From the NCBI GenBank assembly GCA_002385625.1, contig DGDV01000018.1:16570-80569 (forward strand): a stretch of 64,000 nt of DNA. The letters are read 5' to 3'. A program made the translations under genes and the position numbers. The stretch is from Firmicutes bacterium UBA3943. Lineage in GTDB: Bacteria; Bacillota; UBA4882; UBA10575; UBA3943. Below, piece after piece: positions 16,862 to 26,334 of the stretch (within the stretch, counting starts at the first letter, position 1; every line of letters begins with the position of its first letter). Below the pieces are notes generated by a model, which worked only from the letters and a program-made list of their open reading frames with translations, had not been told where the DNA came from and did not search any database.

Positions 16862-17503
16862 CTATTTTCGACCGAGGATGGCCATGGCCATCAGGAGCAG
16901 TCCGGCGGCCAGGCCGGTGCGCCGGGACGGCCAGCGGTCGCCCAAAAAACGCCCAAGCATCCAACCCAGATGGGTACAGCAAAAGCTTCCGACCGCCACG
17001 GCTAAAGCTGTGGGTACCAAGGGTAGCTCCAACAGGCCAAGGGCCACGCCGCTGGCTAGGCAGTTGGCGGACAAGGCCGTCCCCAATAATAACGCTTCTT
17101 TCAGATCGATGGTTTTGGATTGGTCCAAGTCTGCTTTCAGCGGTTCCTTTAAAATACTGACGATTAGGCCCAGCGGCTTGATGCGGAGACTGCAGACCTC
17201 TCTGGGTTCCTTCTGGTCGGGCGGGGCCCAGCCGTCAACGATGGCTTTAAGACAGACCCACCCGCCAATGAGTACCATGCCTGCCATACCCAGTAAGCGT
17301 GCTGTTGCCGGGCCGACCCATTGGGCCAGTTTCCCGCCGGCGGTGACAGACAGGGCCGTGGCCAACCCGGAGATGGCGGCAATCAGTAGGTTGGCTGGGG
17401 GCGTGATCCGTGTGCCGTTGGCGCCGTAGGCAAGGCAAACCCCCAGATTATCCAGGTTGGCGGCTACCGTGAAGGCGAGAATTGAAAGCAAGACCGACCA
17501 CAT
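16862..17503 (-). CDS. mntP: Manganese efflux pump MntP family (DUF204)
   Basis: Duplicated polytopic membrane protein with an N-terminal NLDNLGV motif; about 213 aa. Confidence 0.75.
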   Translation of the reverse strand: MWSVLLSILAFTVAANLDNLGVCLAYGANGTRITPPANLLIAAISGLATALSVTAGGKLAQWVGPATARLLGMAGMVLIGGWVCLKAIVDGWAPPDQKEPREVCSLRIKPLGLIVSILKEPLKADLDQSKTIDLKEALLLGTALSANCLASGVALGLLELPLVPTALAVAVGSFCCTHLGWMLGRFLGDRWPSRRTGLAAGLLLMAMAILGRK

Positions 17504-17724
17504 ATACCATCACCCGGGGCATTATATGCTTTTAGCGGGGCATCTGCCAACCGCCTGTGGCAAAATGCTGCCTTATGGTTTAGCCAAATGGCCGGAATAG
17601 CCGGGATAGAAGGCCTGCACCCGGGGAAATAAAGGGTTTATTCCGTTGTTTAGCGAATAATAGCATATTTTCTGCTTTCATATTCACGGTTGTGTCAACC
17701 GGCAGCAAGAAAGGGGAGCCTGCC

Positions 17725-18189
17725 ATGCCCAAATTACGTAAAGCGCTCATCCAAGACGCCGAGAATATTCACAGGTTGATCAACAGTTATGCCAATCAGG
17801 GATTGATGCTGGCTAGGTCCAGGAATATGGTTTACGAATGTATCAGGGAATTCACCATCGCTGAGGATGACAACGGCGAGTTTTTGGGTGTGGGCGGCCT
17901 TCATATTATCTGGGAGGATCTGGCGGAGATCCGGGCCTTGGCCATTGAACCAAAGGCCGTCGGCCGGGGGTTGGGCAAATCCATTGTGGAAGCCCTGGTG
18001 GAAGAGGCCAAGCAACTGGGGATCAAACGGGTTTTCTCCTTGACCTACCAGAAGGAGTTCTTTGAACATTGTGGCTTTCGCCTGATTTCCAAAGAAGAGA
18101 TGCCGACGAAAGTCTGGAAGGAGTGTATTAATTGCCCCAAATTCCCCAACTGCGACGAATTGGCCATGATTCGTGATCTGGAGCAATGA
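17725..18189 (+). CDS. ArgA-type (short N-acetylglutamate-synthase-like) GNAT acetyltransferase
   Basis: IRKA..D...I..LI, LARSR, AEIRALAIEPKAVGRGLGKSIVE (acetyl-CoA-binding Q/RxxGxG/A motif), FSLTYQKEFFEHCGF. ATG at 17725 follows AAAGGGGAG. Confidence 0.8.
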   Translation: MPKLRKALIQDAENIHRLINSYANQGLMLARSRNMVYECIREFTIAEDDNGEFLGVGGLHIIWEDLAEIRALAIEPKAVGRGLGKSIVEALVEEAKQLGIKRVFSLTYQKEFFEHCGFRLISKEEMPTKVWKECINCPKFPNCDELAMIRDLEQ

Positions 18190-19817
18190 ACGGGCAAGGC
18201 CAGCGTAAACAGAAGGGGAAGTACTATACCCCCCAAGCGGTGGTAGACCTTTGTTGGGAAGTCTTGCGTGCCAAGATTGCTCCCGCGACCTTGCGGAGTT
18301 TTCAAGTGGTGGATCCCGCTGCCGGGGACGGGGTTTTCCTGCAGGAAGCCTGTGCCCGGGGGTGGATCACGGGACAGCTGGCCACCGGGGTGGAACTTTA
18401 TCCCGGCGAAGCGTCCCGGGCAGGTGTTTTGTTCCGCGTCGTAAAGGGCAATGGCTTAATCGACCGGCCTGAAGAAGATTTTGTCGCCGGCCGCTTTGAT
18501 CTGGCGGTGGGTAACCCACCCTACGGCGGAGAGGGCCTCCGCGATCTGTGCCGGAGTTGGGAGAAGCCAGCCGCCCGGGCGATGTTGCGGCAACTCTTTT
18601 ACCGCTACGATCTGTGCCGTTTTTATTTGGGGCTTGACCTGCCGGAACAACAAGAGTTCAATAGTTGGCTCCGGGGGGCGGCGGGGCAGCGGGCCCTGGC
18701 TAAACTGGGGAGGTGCCCCATCGAGCTCTTTTTCTTGGAACGCTTCATCTGTCTCTGCCGGGAAGGGGGCTGGTGCGCGGTGGTCCTGCCCGAGGGGCTG
18801 CTGGCCAATGAACGGATGCGGTCCTTGCGGGAATGGGTGGAGGAGCGGGCCGCCCTCCTGGCGGTGGTGGCCTTGGACCGCAAGACCTTCCAACGGGAGG
18901 GGACAGCGGCCCGGACCGCCCTGGTCTTTCTGCGGCGGAAACCCTGCCCGGTGGAGGAGGACAACGAAAAGATCTACTTTGCTGCCCCCGCATATGAGGA
19001 GCAGGCCATGGCGGCCACCGAATACTTGGCCCGGGTGGGCCGGGAACTTGGCGGGGGAGAGAAGCCTGTCACCGGGCGGTGGGTGGAGCGGACCCAGGTG
19101 GCCGGGAACCGTTGGGACCCGGGTTTTTGGCATCCCCGCTTTCGGCAGGTTCTTTGCGTCCTTGACAAAGCGCCCCGGCTTGGCGATTTTATCACCCTGC
19201 TGACCTACGGGCCCATTCTCCCGGGTCGGCGGCCGGAACCGGATGAAGGTGGCATTCCTGTGATTGGCCAATCATCCTTTACTGAAGCCGGGTTGGACTT
19301 AAGTAAAGCCATACGGGTGGCGGCGGGTTCTGCCTTTGATCCCCCCAGGAGCCGTGTGCGCCGGGGCGATCTCTTGTTCCCCCGTTCCGGTGAGGGGTCC
19401 TTGCTTCGCTTTAAAGCCGGGGTCTACGACAGTGATCAGCCGGCCAATGTCAGCTGCTTTGTGGATTTGGTGCGCTTAAGCGGGATCGAACCCTATTATG
19501 TTTGGTTGGTCTTGAAAACCCGGTTCCTGCGGGAACAGATTCTCCGCTTGCAAAACGGGGTGGGCACGCCCAACTTGAATTTCCGGGAAATCAGGGAGCT
19601 GCGGATTCCCTGGCAGGACGCGGCGGAACAAGCGGCCTGGCGCGGGGAGTACTTCCGCCGGGTGGCCCCCCTGCACCTGGCCCGCCTGCAGGCCCTAGAT
19701 CCGCTGGAACGGAGCCGGTTGGGGGAGTTGGCCGATGCCGCCTTCCGCCGCTTGGTGCAGGAGTTGGAGGAGACCCTCAACACCCGCTATTTCCCGCGGG
19801 ACAAAAGCAACGGTTAA
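18186..19817 (+). CDS. Gamma-class N6-adenine DNA methyltransferase with a fused HsdS-like target-recognition domain (orphan)
   Basis: GKYYTP N-terminal motif, motif I VVDPAAGDGVFL, motif IV VGNPPYG. The C-terminal half looks like a type I S-subunit TRD (LGDFITLLTYGP..; LQNGVGTPNLNFREIRELRIPW) followed by helical conserved-region-like sequence. ATGA overlap with the GNAT stop. Confidence 0.8.
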   Translation: MNGQGQRKQKGKYYTPQAVVDLCWEVLRAKIAPATLRSFQVVDPAAGDGVFLQEACARGWITGQLATGVELYPGEASRAGVLFRVVKGNGLIDRPEEDFVAGRFDLAVGNPPYGGEGLRDLCRSWEKPAARAMLRQLFYRYDLCRFYLGLDLPEQQEFNSWLRGAAGQRALAKLGRCPIELFFLERFICLCREGGWCAVVLPEGLLANERMRSLREWVEERAALLAVVALDRKTFQREGTAARTALVFLRRKPCPVEEDNEKIYFAAPAYEEQAMAATEYLARVGRELGGGEKPVTGRWVERTQVAGNRWDPGFWHPRFRQVLCVLDKAPRLGDFITLLTYGPILPGRRPEPDEGGIPVIGQSSFTEAGLDLSKAIRVAAGSAFDPPRSRVRRGDLLFPRSGEGSLLRFKAGVYDSDQPANVSCFVDLVRLSGIEPYYVWLVLKTRFLREQILRLQNGVGTPNLNFREIRELRIPWQDAAEQAAWRGEYFRRVAPLHLARLQALDPLERSRLGELADAAFRRLVQELEETLNTRYFPRDKSNG

Positions 19818-20046
19818 AGGAGATTTACCGGACCCGTGGAATACTAACTCAACCCAAGACGGTAGGCAAGGGGAGCCGATCACCGGGGCGTCTTTGGCTT
19901 CTCCCGGAAACGGGCATGCTATTATATAATTGAACTTGATTTATTTGGTCAGTCGGGGTCGCTTTGTTGCACCGGGGTTCTCCGTTTTGCCCCGCCAGAA
20001 TATCTTTTTGCCTTACACAACGATTATCCAGAAAGATGGGACGTTT

Positions 20047-22338
20047 ATGAATCCACCAAAGCGTACTTTCCGCCAATATAAATTAGATGATTTCCAGTAC
20101 GAAGCCGTTTGCCGGCTGCTGGAGGGCCATTCCGTCCTGGTTTCGGCGCCCACGGGTGTGGGCAAGACGCTGATTGCCGACTACTTAATTGAAGAGGCCA
20201 TCGCCAAGGGTGACCGGATTATCTATACCGCGCCCATCAAGGCCCTGTCCAACCAGAAGTTTAAGGAGTTCAAGGCGCTTTACGGTGAGGAACGGGTGGG
20301 GATCATCACCGGTGATGTGGTGATCCGGCCCGAGGCCGATGTGACCTTGATGACGACGGAAATCTTCCGCAACATCCTGCACCAGGACCCGGGGCGTTTG
20401 GCCGGAATCTCCCATGTCATCTTCGATGAGATCCACTACCTCTCCGATGAGGACCGGGGGACGGTCTGGGAGGAGTCTATCATCTTCATGCCCGAGGGTA
20501 TGCGCCTGCTGGGCCTGTCGGCCACCATCCCCAATGCCCGGGAGCTGGCGGATTGGATCAGTGAGATCAAAGGCCACCGGGTGGTGGTCATCACTAAACT
20601 GGAGCGGGCGGTGCCCCTGGAACACTATGTTTATACCCGCCGGACCGGGCCGACGACCCTTAAGGAATTGGTCCGGGCGGAGGAGGAGCGCCGGAAGAGG
20701 GAAGAAAAAGCAGGGAAGAACGGCCGACGGGATTTTCGCCGCCTCCGCAAGGGGGAGACTACCCACCGGGACCTGGTGCGAACGGTGGTGAAGGCCCATG
20801 GCCTGCCCTGTTTGTACTTTGTCTTTAGCCGACGGATGTGTGAGGAGAAGGCCTATGAGCTGGCCCAGGACCAGGACTTTCTCAAGCCTGAGGAGAAGGA
20901 GACGGCGGAGAAGATCATCGATCAGATGGTCCGGGACTTTGGCCTGGACTCCTGGCGGACCATGGGGCATGTGAAGAATCTGCTGTTGAAAGGAATCGCC
21001 TTCCACCACGCCGGCCTCTTGCCGGCCCATAAGGAGATTGTGGAGGCACTGTTTGGGCAGAACCTGGTCCGGGTAATGTATGCCACCGAAACCTTTGCCG
21101 TTGGCATCAATTATCCCGTTCGTACCGTCTGTTTTGACGCTCCCACCAAATGGGACGGGGTGACCTTCCGACCCATGAGTACGCTGGAATACTTCCAAAT
21201 GGCCGGGCGAGCGGGCCGGCGGGGCATTGACGAACGGGGTTTTGTTTACATCCTGGCGGATCTGGACCGGTACCCCCCGGAGGATTTTCCCAGCACCGAC
21301 CCGGCGGATATTGAGGAGTTGCGGAGCCGTTTCAACCTGTCCTACAACTCGGTCTTAAATCTGAACAAGAACCATTCCCCGGAGGAGATCAACCGCATTC
21401 TCAACCAGAACTTTGCTACCTTCCAGGCCCGTAACGACAAGGTGGTTCTTGAGCGGCAGTTGCACCGCCTCCAAAAGAAGTTTGAGAACATGGCCGGGGA
21501 ATACTGCGGCGACTGGAGTACCGTAGCCTGCCCCCGCCTGCGGGAGGAGACCCAGCGGCGCATCCGCCGGCAGGAACGGAAACTCCGCTATATCAAGGGC
21601 CGCCGGGCCCGGCAGGCGATTATGGATGAGATTAAGCAAATGAAACAAACCCTGCTGGCCGTCCCTGTCCGGGACTGCGACGCGGCCAGGGTTGAAGACT
21701 GCCAGAGGAAAAATCAACAGTTCCAAGAGGTGCTTAAGGCCAAGGAGGAGCTGGAACAACAGATTGCCAATATCAAGGTGGCGGGACGATTCGATGACGA
21801 CCTGTCGCTAAAAGAAGCGATCTTGGAAGAGATTGACTATTTGAAAGACGGAAAACTCCTGCCCAGGGGGGAGTTTGCCTCCCAGATCTATGCCCAGGAG
21901 TTGCTCATTACCGAACTTTATTTTAACGGGTTGTTTCATGAGTGGACGGAAGATCAGATCAACGCCGTGATCGTAGCGGTGGACTATGAGCCGCGCAAGG
22001 GGGAATTTCTCCCGCGCAGCCTCCCCTATGACCCCAAGCCCATCCGCCGCATCATCCGGCAATTGTTATACCACTACGGGGTGGAGGAACGGGATGTGCG
22101 CTTCCATCCCAGTCTCTCCAACCTGGCCTTCAAATGGAGCCAGGGCTGTGAGTTCTTTGAGTTGTTGCAGGATGCGCCCCACCTGCAAGAGGGCGATATT
22201 GTCGCCGCCTTCCGGCGAGGCATCGACCTGCTGCGGCAGATCCGCGGGGCCTGTCTGCAGGATGACCCGATTTTGGCCGGAAAACTTAAAAATTGCATGG
22301 ACAAAATGGACCGTGATCTTGTTCAGGTCAATCTGTAA
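20047..22338 (+). CDS. Ski2/HelY-like DEAD/DEAH-box superfamily 2 helicase
   Basis: Motif I APTGVGKT, motif II DEIH, motif III SAT, motif VI QMAGRAGRRG, charged coiled-coil insertion, DSHCT-like C-terminus. ATG at 20047 chosen (MNPPKR). Confidence 0.85.
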   Translation: MNPPKRTFRQYKLDDFQYEAVCRLLEGHSVLVSAPTGVGKTLIADYLIEEAIAKGDRIIYTAPIKALSNQKFKEFKALYGEERVGIITGDVVIRPEADVTLMTTEIFRNILHQDPGRLAGISHVIFDEIHYLSDEDRGTVWEESIIFMPEGMRLLGLSATIPNARELADWISEIKGHRVVVITKLERAVPLEHYVYTRRTGPTTLKELVRAEEERRKREEKAGKNGRRDFRRLRKGETTHRDLVRTVVKAHGLPCLYFVFSRRMCEEKAYELAQDQDFLKPEEKETAEKIIDQMVRDFGLDSWRTMGHVKNLLLKGIAFHHAGLLPAHKEIVEALFGQNLVRVMYATETFAVGINYPVRTVCFDAPTKWDGVTFRPMSTLEYFQMAGRAGRRGIDERGFVYILADLDRYPPEDFPSTDPADIEELRSRFNLSYNSVLNLNKNHSPEEINRILNQNFATFQARNDKVVLERQLHRLQKKFENMAGEYCGDWSTVACPRLREETQRRIRRQERKLRYIKGRRARQAIMDEIKQMKQTLLAVPVRDCDAARVEDCQRKNQQFQEVLKAKEELEQQIANIKVAGRFDDDLSLKEAILEEIDYLKDGKLLPRGEFASQIYAQELLITELYFNGLFHEWTEDQINAVIVAVDYEPRKGEFLPRSLPYDPKPIRRIIRQLLYHYGVEERDVRFHPSLSNLAFKWSQGCEFFELLQDAPHLQEGDIVAAFRRGIDLLRQIRGACLQDDPILAGKLKNCMDKMDRDLVQVNL

Positions 22339-22356
22339 TGATAAAGGGGTAGTTTC

Positions 22357-23514
22357 ATGAGAAGAGGTATTGCCGTTGCAGTCATGGCCGTTCTATTTAC
22401 GGTTTTATCGGGCTACGCCGCCTTAGCCGCCTGGGAGACCCGCTTTGAGGAGAAGACAGTCTTGGTGGAACAGGGTGAAACCATCTCCGGTGATCTCTGG
22501 TGCGCCGGTGATACGGTGCTGATTGACGGGACCGTTGAGGGTGACCTGTTGGTCTATGCCAATAGCTTGGTGGTGAAGGGGGAGGTTAAGGGGGATATCC
22601 TTGGGATGGTTCTAAGCGATGCCTCCTTCGCCGGACGGATCGGCGGTGATCTCCGGCTTCTGGGCGGTCCGTTCTTTACACCCACAGCGAAAATTACCTT
22701 AAGCTGTCCCGTGGGGGGAAACATTTCCGTTAGCAGCAACACCTTCACCATGACCCGGCGGGCATCCGCCCGGGGCCTGTGGGGAAAGGGCGCCGCCTTG
22801 ACCATGAACGGGAGGATCACAGGGGATGTCAGTTACACCGGTCAGAATGTGCTGTTGGGCGGGGAAGTGACTGGCGCCAGCACCATTAAAGCCACCGATA
22901 AGTTTTTGGTGGCACGGGGGGCCAAACTCGGCCACATCTACTATTACCAAAAGCCGCCCCAGCTGGCGCAGGCAGCCTCCGTCGGCCCGGTTAAAAAGCT
23001 TTCTTTGCCCAAGGAACGTCCGGCCTATGCCATTTCTCCCCTGGTTTGGATCTGGTTTTTAGGCACCTTGCTCATGGGGTTCCTTTTTATCCAGGTTTAC
23101 CGGAGCAAAGTTGCCTTGTGGGTGCAAGGGCTCTTAGATTGGCGACGTGCGCTGCTGCTGGGTATTCTGCTGCTTTTTGGCATACCCGCCGGTGTGTTGC
23201 TTCTGCTTATCACCATTGTGGGGGCGCCCTTGGCTGTGCTCCTGCTGGTGCTATGGGTGGCAGCGCTCGTGCTCAGTCCCATCCCCTTCTACCTCTATCT
23301 TGGCGGCGCCGTGGTGCGCCGGTTCCGGATCGAGCGGCCTTTCTCGCCGGGCTTCCTGTTGCTTGTGGGCGGGATTATCACAACCTTTCTTACCACCTTG
23401 CCGTTCATTGGCTTCATCTTCAATTTATTGGCTATCGCCTTTGGCCTGGGCATTCTCTTCCAGAAACCGCCCGTCCTCATCCTCCGTCCCGAAGACAGAG
23501 GGTCCGTCGCCTAA
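22357..23514 (+). CDS. Bactofilin-like (polymer-forming cytoskeletal repeat) domain fused to a polytopic membrane domain
   Basis: Signal anchor, repeated G-D beta-helix-like units (ISGDLWCAGDTVLIDGTVEGDLLVYANSLVVKGEVKGDILG...), and 4-5 C-terminal TM helices. Confidence 0.65.
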   Translation: MRRGIAVAVMAVLFTVLSGYAALAAWETRFEEKTVLVEQGETISGDLWCAGDTVLIDGTVEGDLLVYANSLVVKGEVKGDILGMVLSDASFAGRIGGDLRLLGGPFFTPTAKITLSCPVGGNISVSSNTFTMTRRASARGLWGKGAALTMNGRITGDVSYTGQNVLLGGEVTGASTIKATDKFLVARGAKLGHIYYYQKPPQLAQAASVGPVKKLSLPKERPAYAISPLVWIWFLGTLLMGFLFIQVYRSKVALWVQGLLDWRRALLLGILLLFGIPAGVLLLLITIVGAPLAVLLLVLWVAALVLSPIPFYLYLGGAVVRRFRIERPFSPGFLLLVGGIITTFLTTLPFIGFIFNLLAIAFGLGILFQKPPVLILRPEDRGSVA

Positions 23515-23542
23515 TCTGCCAACCAAAGATTCAGTTGTTGGT

Positions 23543-23575
23543 GACCACCGCCGAGCGCGGTGGTCTTTGTTTTTC
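23543..23575 (+). terminator. Rho-independent terminator
   Basis: GACCACCGC / GCGGTGGTC stem followed by TTTGTTTTT. Confidence 0.8.
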
Positions 23576-23713
23576 TCCCGGTCGGGTATTAACTTCCGGC
23601 GGAGAAGTATAAGTATAGAGGAAAAGTCCTTCTGGCATTTTTCAGCGCTGCCGGGGAAACGGGGAGTTCTCCGGCTTGGTCCGATTTTACTTTGTAAGTG
23701 GGGGGATGGCGAC

Positions 23714-24637
23714 ATGGGTGGCGTGATTGGCCGCAAAGGCCTAATCCGTCTGTTGTCCGTGCTTGTATTCTTCCATGGAGTGTTGGCGGACGGCGGGGCC
23801 GGCCGGTGCAACTGCCCGGCGGAACCCATTCTGTCCTTGGAAAGCGCCACGGCGCACTGTGCCGAAGTCCGGGAGCTTCAGACCTATTTAATGCAACTGA
23901 AACTCTATTCCGGGCCCTGCCATGGCCGCTACAACGAGCAGACGGCCCGGGCGGTTCGGGCCTTGCAAAGGCGACACGGACTAACGGTTAACGGGGTTAT
24001 GGATGAGCCCACCTGGGCGGTCCTGGGAGGCTTGGCCCTGGGTCAGCCGGTGACCGCACCACCACCCGCCGGTGACCTGCGGATTGTGGTGGATACCGGA
24101 ACCTTGACCTTGACGGTGTTAGTGGACGGCCAACCTTTCAAGTCTTTTCCAGTGGCCATTGGCAAACGAGAGACGCCTAGTCCCATCGGAAGCTGGACGG
24201 TGGTGGAGAAGGGCAGGTGGACGGGGGGCTTTGGCACCCGGTGGCTGGGATTGGATGTGCCCTATGGGAAATACGGCATTCATGGGACCAATAAACCCTG
24301 GTCCATCGGGCGCATGGAGAGCCACGGCTGTATCCGCATGTACAACCGGGACGTGGAGGTTTTGTACAGCTGGGTAAAACCAGGGACGCCCGTCAACATC
24401 ATCGGCGATCCCTTTGCCGGTCGCCGGCGCTTGGTCCGTGGCGAGCGGGGCAGTGACGTTTATTATTTGCAGGTGCGCCTCAAACAACTGGGCTATTACA
24501 ATTACCGGCCCGACGGAGTTTTTGGCTACGGCACCGAAAAGGCGGTGAAGGATTTTCAAAGAGCGGAAAAACTAAGAATAACCGGGCAAATCGGTTGGGA
24601 GGAATACCGCCGCCTCCGCCTGGTGGTTCATGAATAA
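23714..24637 (+). CDS. L,D-transpeptidase (YkuD domain) flanked by two peptidoglycan-binding domains
   Basis: Catalytic SHGCIRM motif and PG_binding_1-like repeats (YNEQTARAVRALQRRHGLTVNGV; FGYGTEKAVKDFQRAEKLRITGQ). I chose the internal ATG at 23714, followed by a signal anchor, over the long track ORF. Confidence 0.85.
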   Translation: MGGVIGRKGLIRLLSVLVFFHGVLADGGAGRCNCPAEPILSLESATAHCAEVRELQTYLMQLKLYSGPCHGRYNEQTARAVRALQRRHGLTVNGVMDEPTWAVLGGLALGQPVTAPPPAGDLRIVVDTGTLTLTVLVDGQPFKSFPVAIGKRETPSPIGSWTVVEKGRWTGGFGTRWLGLDVPYGKYGIHGTNKPWSIGRMESHGCIRMYNRDVEVLYSWVKPGTPVNIIGDPFAGRRRLVRGERGSDVYYLQVRLKQLGYYNYRPDGVFGYGTEKAVKDFQRAEKLRITGQIGWEEYRRLRLVVHE

Positions 24638-24756
24638 CGAATTTGCAATGTACAATTGTCTTGTAACAATGTAAAATAAAGAAAAGGCCTAAATGATCGG
24701 GTTGAATTATCGTTCTTGGATTACAGCCGGTTCGAAGCAATTAAGGAGGGCACAAA

Positions 24757-25737
24757 GTGCGGGTATTAGTGACAGGTGGTGCAGGATATATCGGCAGCCA
24801 TATTGTCAAGGCTTTATTGCAAAAGGGCCATTACCCCATTGTCTTGGACAATTTAAGCAAGGGTCATGCTGAAGCGGTCTTGGGCGGAGAATTAATCCGG
24901 GGTGATCTGGGCGATCCCGGGTTGGTCCAGCGGATCATGGAAGCCGGCGAGGTGGAGGCCGTTATTCATATGGCCGCTGACAGCTTGGTGGGGGAGTCGG
25001 TGGAGAACCCCGGCAAGTACTTCCGCAACAACGTGGGCAATACCTTGGTTTTGCTCAACGCTATGGCTGCCAGCGGCGTGAAAAACCTGGTCTTCTCGTC
25101 AACGGCGGCAGTATATGGGGAACCCTGCACAAGCCCAATCGAAGAAACCCACCCCACTTGTCCCACCAATCCGTATGGCACTTCCAAACTCATGGTGGAA
25201 ATGATGCTTCCCTGGTATGAACGGGCCTTTGGCTTGCGCTTCATCTCTTTGCGCTATTTTAATGCTGCAGGGGCCGATCCCGACGGTGAGCTGGGAGAGG
25301 ACCACCGTCCCGAGACCCATCTGATCCCCAATGTCCTCCAAGCGGCACTAACTGGCAGGACAGTGGAGATCTACGGCGCAGACTATCCCACGCCCGACGG
25401 AACCTGTATCCGGGATTACATTCATGTGGCCGACCTTAGCCTGGCCCATTTGTTGGCCTTGGAGGCACTGGTAGCGGGCCAACCGTCGGCCACATATAAT
25501 CTGGGTAACGGCCGGGGGTTTTCCGTGCATGAAGTGATCCGGACCGCCGAAGAAGTAACGGGCGGCAAGATACAGGTGCGGATAGGCCCCAGGCGCCCCG
25601 GCGATCCCGCCGTGCTGGTGGCGTCCGCTGAGAAAATCAGTGCCGAATTAGGTTGGCACCCCCTTTATCCGGATCTGCACCGGATCATCGCCACCGCATG
25701 GCACTGGCAGAAAAATCACCCCGACGGATATCTCTAG
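24757..25737 (+). CDS. galE: UDP-glucose 4-epimerase
   Basis: GGAGYIGSH Rossmann motif and YGTSK catalytic motif. GTG start after AAGGAGGG. Confidence 0.93.
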   Translation: MRVLVTGGAGYIGSHIVKALLQKGHYPIVLDNLSKGHAEAVLGGELIRGDLGDPGLVQRIMEAGEVEAVIHMAADSLVGESVENPGKYFRNNVGNTLVLLNAMAASGVKNLVFSSTAAVYGEPCTSPIEETHPTCPTNPYGTSKLMVEMMLPWYERAFGLRFISLRYFNAAGADPDGELGEDHRPETHLIPNVLQAALTGRTVEIYGADYPTPDGTCIRDYIHVADLSLAHLLALEALVAGQPSATYNLGNGRGFSVHEVIRTAEEVTGGKIQVRIGPRRPGDPAVLVASAEKISAELGWHPLYPDLHRIIATAWHWQKNHPDGYL

Positions 25738-25854
25738 AAGATTAACAAGACAATCAATCCAACAAAGGGGATTTCCCTAATTTTTTCGTTGTTGGGCAGG
25801 GTATTTGGTTTATATGTCGAATTTCAAAACGAAACACCGAAAGGAGTCGTTCTA

Positions 25855-26334
25855 ATGCGTGCCATATTTATTAATCCATTTGTTTCAGCAACATTTGCAG
25901 TTTTCGAAACCATGCTTCAAATTAAGCCGGAGAAAGGTCAACTCAGCTTGAAACATTCGCCGCTGAGCGGCAGGGATGTCAACACGGTCATCGGCGTAAC
26001 CGGCGATATTCTTGGTCAAGTCATCTTCAGCATGGATACGCATACCGCCTTGAGCTTTGCTTCGATCATGTTGATGGGGATGCCCGTCACCGAGCTGGAT
26101 GAGATGGCCAAGAGCGCCGTTAATGAGTTGGGGAACATGATTACCGGTAATGCCACCACAGGGCTGGCGGAGAACGGGTTTTCCTGCAACCTGACACCGC
26201 CCACACTCTTTATGGGTAAAGAAGTCATGATTTCAACAAAGGATTTGCAAATACTGGTCATTCCTATTCTTACCCCCCATGGTCCGGTGGAGATTAATGT
26301 GGCGTTGCGGATGAAAGATAAGAGGGGAGAATAA
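25855..26334 (+). CDS. CheX/CheC-family CheY-P phosphatase-like protein
   Basis: S-x3-E-x2-N-x22-P signature (SAVNELGN...LTPP), about 159 aa. ATG at 25855 follows AAAGGAG. Confidence 0.75.
   Translation: MRAIFINPFVSATFAVFETMLQIKPEKGQLSLKHSPLSGRDVNTVIGVTGDILGQVIFSMDTHTALSFASIMLMGMPVTELDEMAKSAVNELGNMITGNATTGLAENGFSCNLTPPTLFMGKEVMISTKDLQILVIPILTPHGPVEINVALRMKDKRGE

Noticed and set aside
17504-17724. Expected a yybP-ykoY manganese riboswitch in the leader of the minus-strand mntP gene.
   Set aside because: The reverse-complemented leader lacks the conserved GGGGAGUAG core and the other invariant blocks I remember for this riboswitch. Only generic GC-rich hairpins are present.
18456-19271. Long antisense and alternative-frame ORFs (up to 271 aa) inside the methyltransferase gene.
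   Set aside because: They are Pro/Arg/Gly-rich and low-complexity, as expected from stop-poor frames in a high-GC segment. They have no motifs and overlap a well-supported gene.
19858-19870. The 13-mer AGACGGTAGGCAA is shared between the MTase-helicase spacer and the asnA upstream region (33459-33471).
   Set aside because: A single 13-nt match between two sites in 64 kb is within chance expectation, and there is no surrounding similarity.
20185-21198. 337-aa minus-strand ORF antisense to the helicase. The same applies to 34791-35927 (antisense to asnS), 36888-37955 (antisense to the FtsH-like gene), 41724-42704 (antisense to recA) and 39461-40357.
   Set aside because: Each one fully overlaps a strongly supported sense gene and has biased composition and no recognisable domains. 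These are typical shadow ORFs.
23147-23713. N-terminal 189-aa extension of the L,D-transpeptidase ORF in the track.
   Set aside because: The extension overlaps the C-terminal membrane domain of the bactofilin-like gene in another frame and crosses a terminator hairpin (23543-23575). The ATG at 23714, followed by a signal anchor, is the credible start.
24643-24680. ATGTACAATTGT upstream of galE matches the palindrome arm at 33414-33425, so it might be a shared operator.
   Set aside because: It is a 12-nt AT-rich match that also resembles -10/-35 promoter elements. A chance match is plausible, and it would need genome-wide motif enrichment to mean anything.
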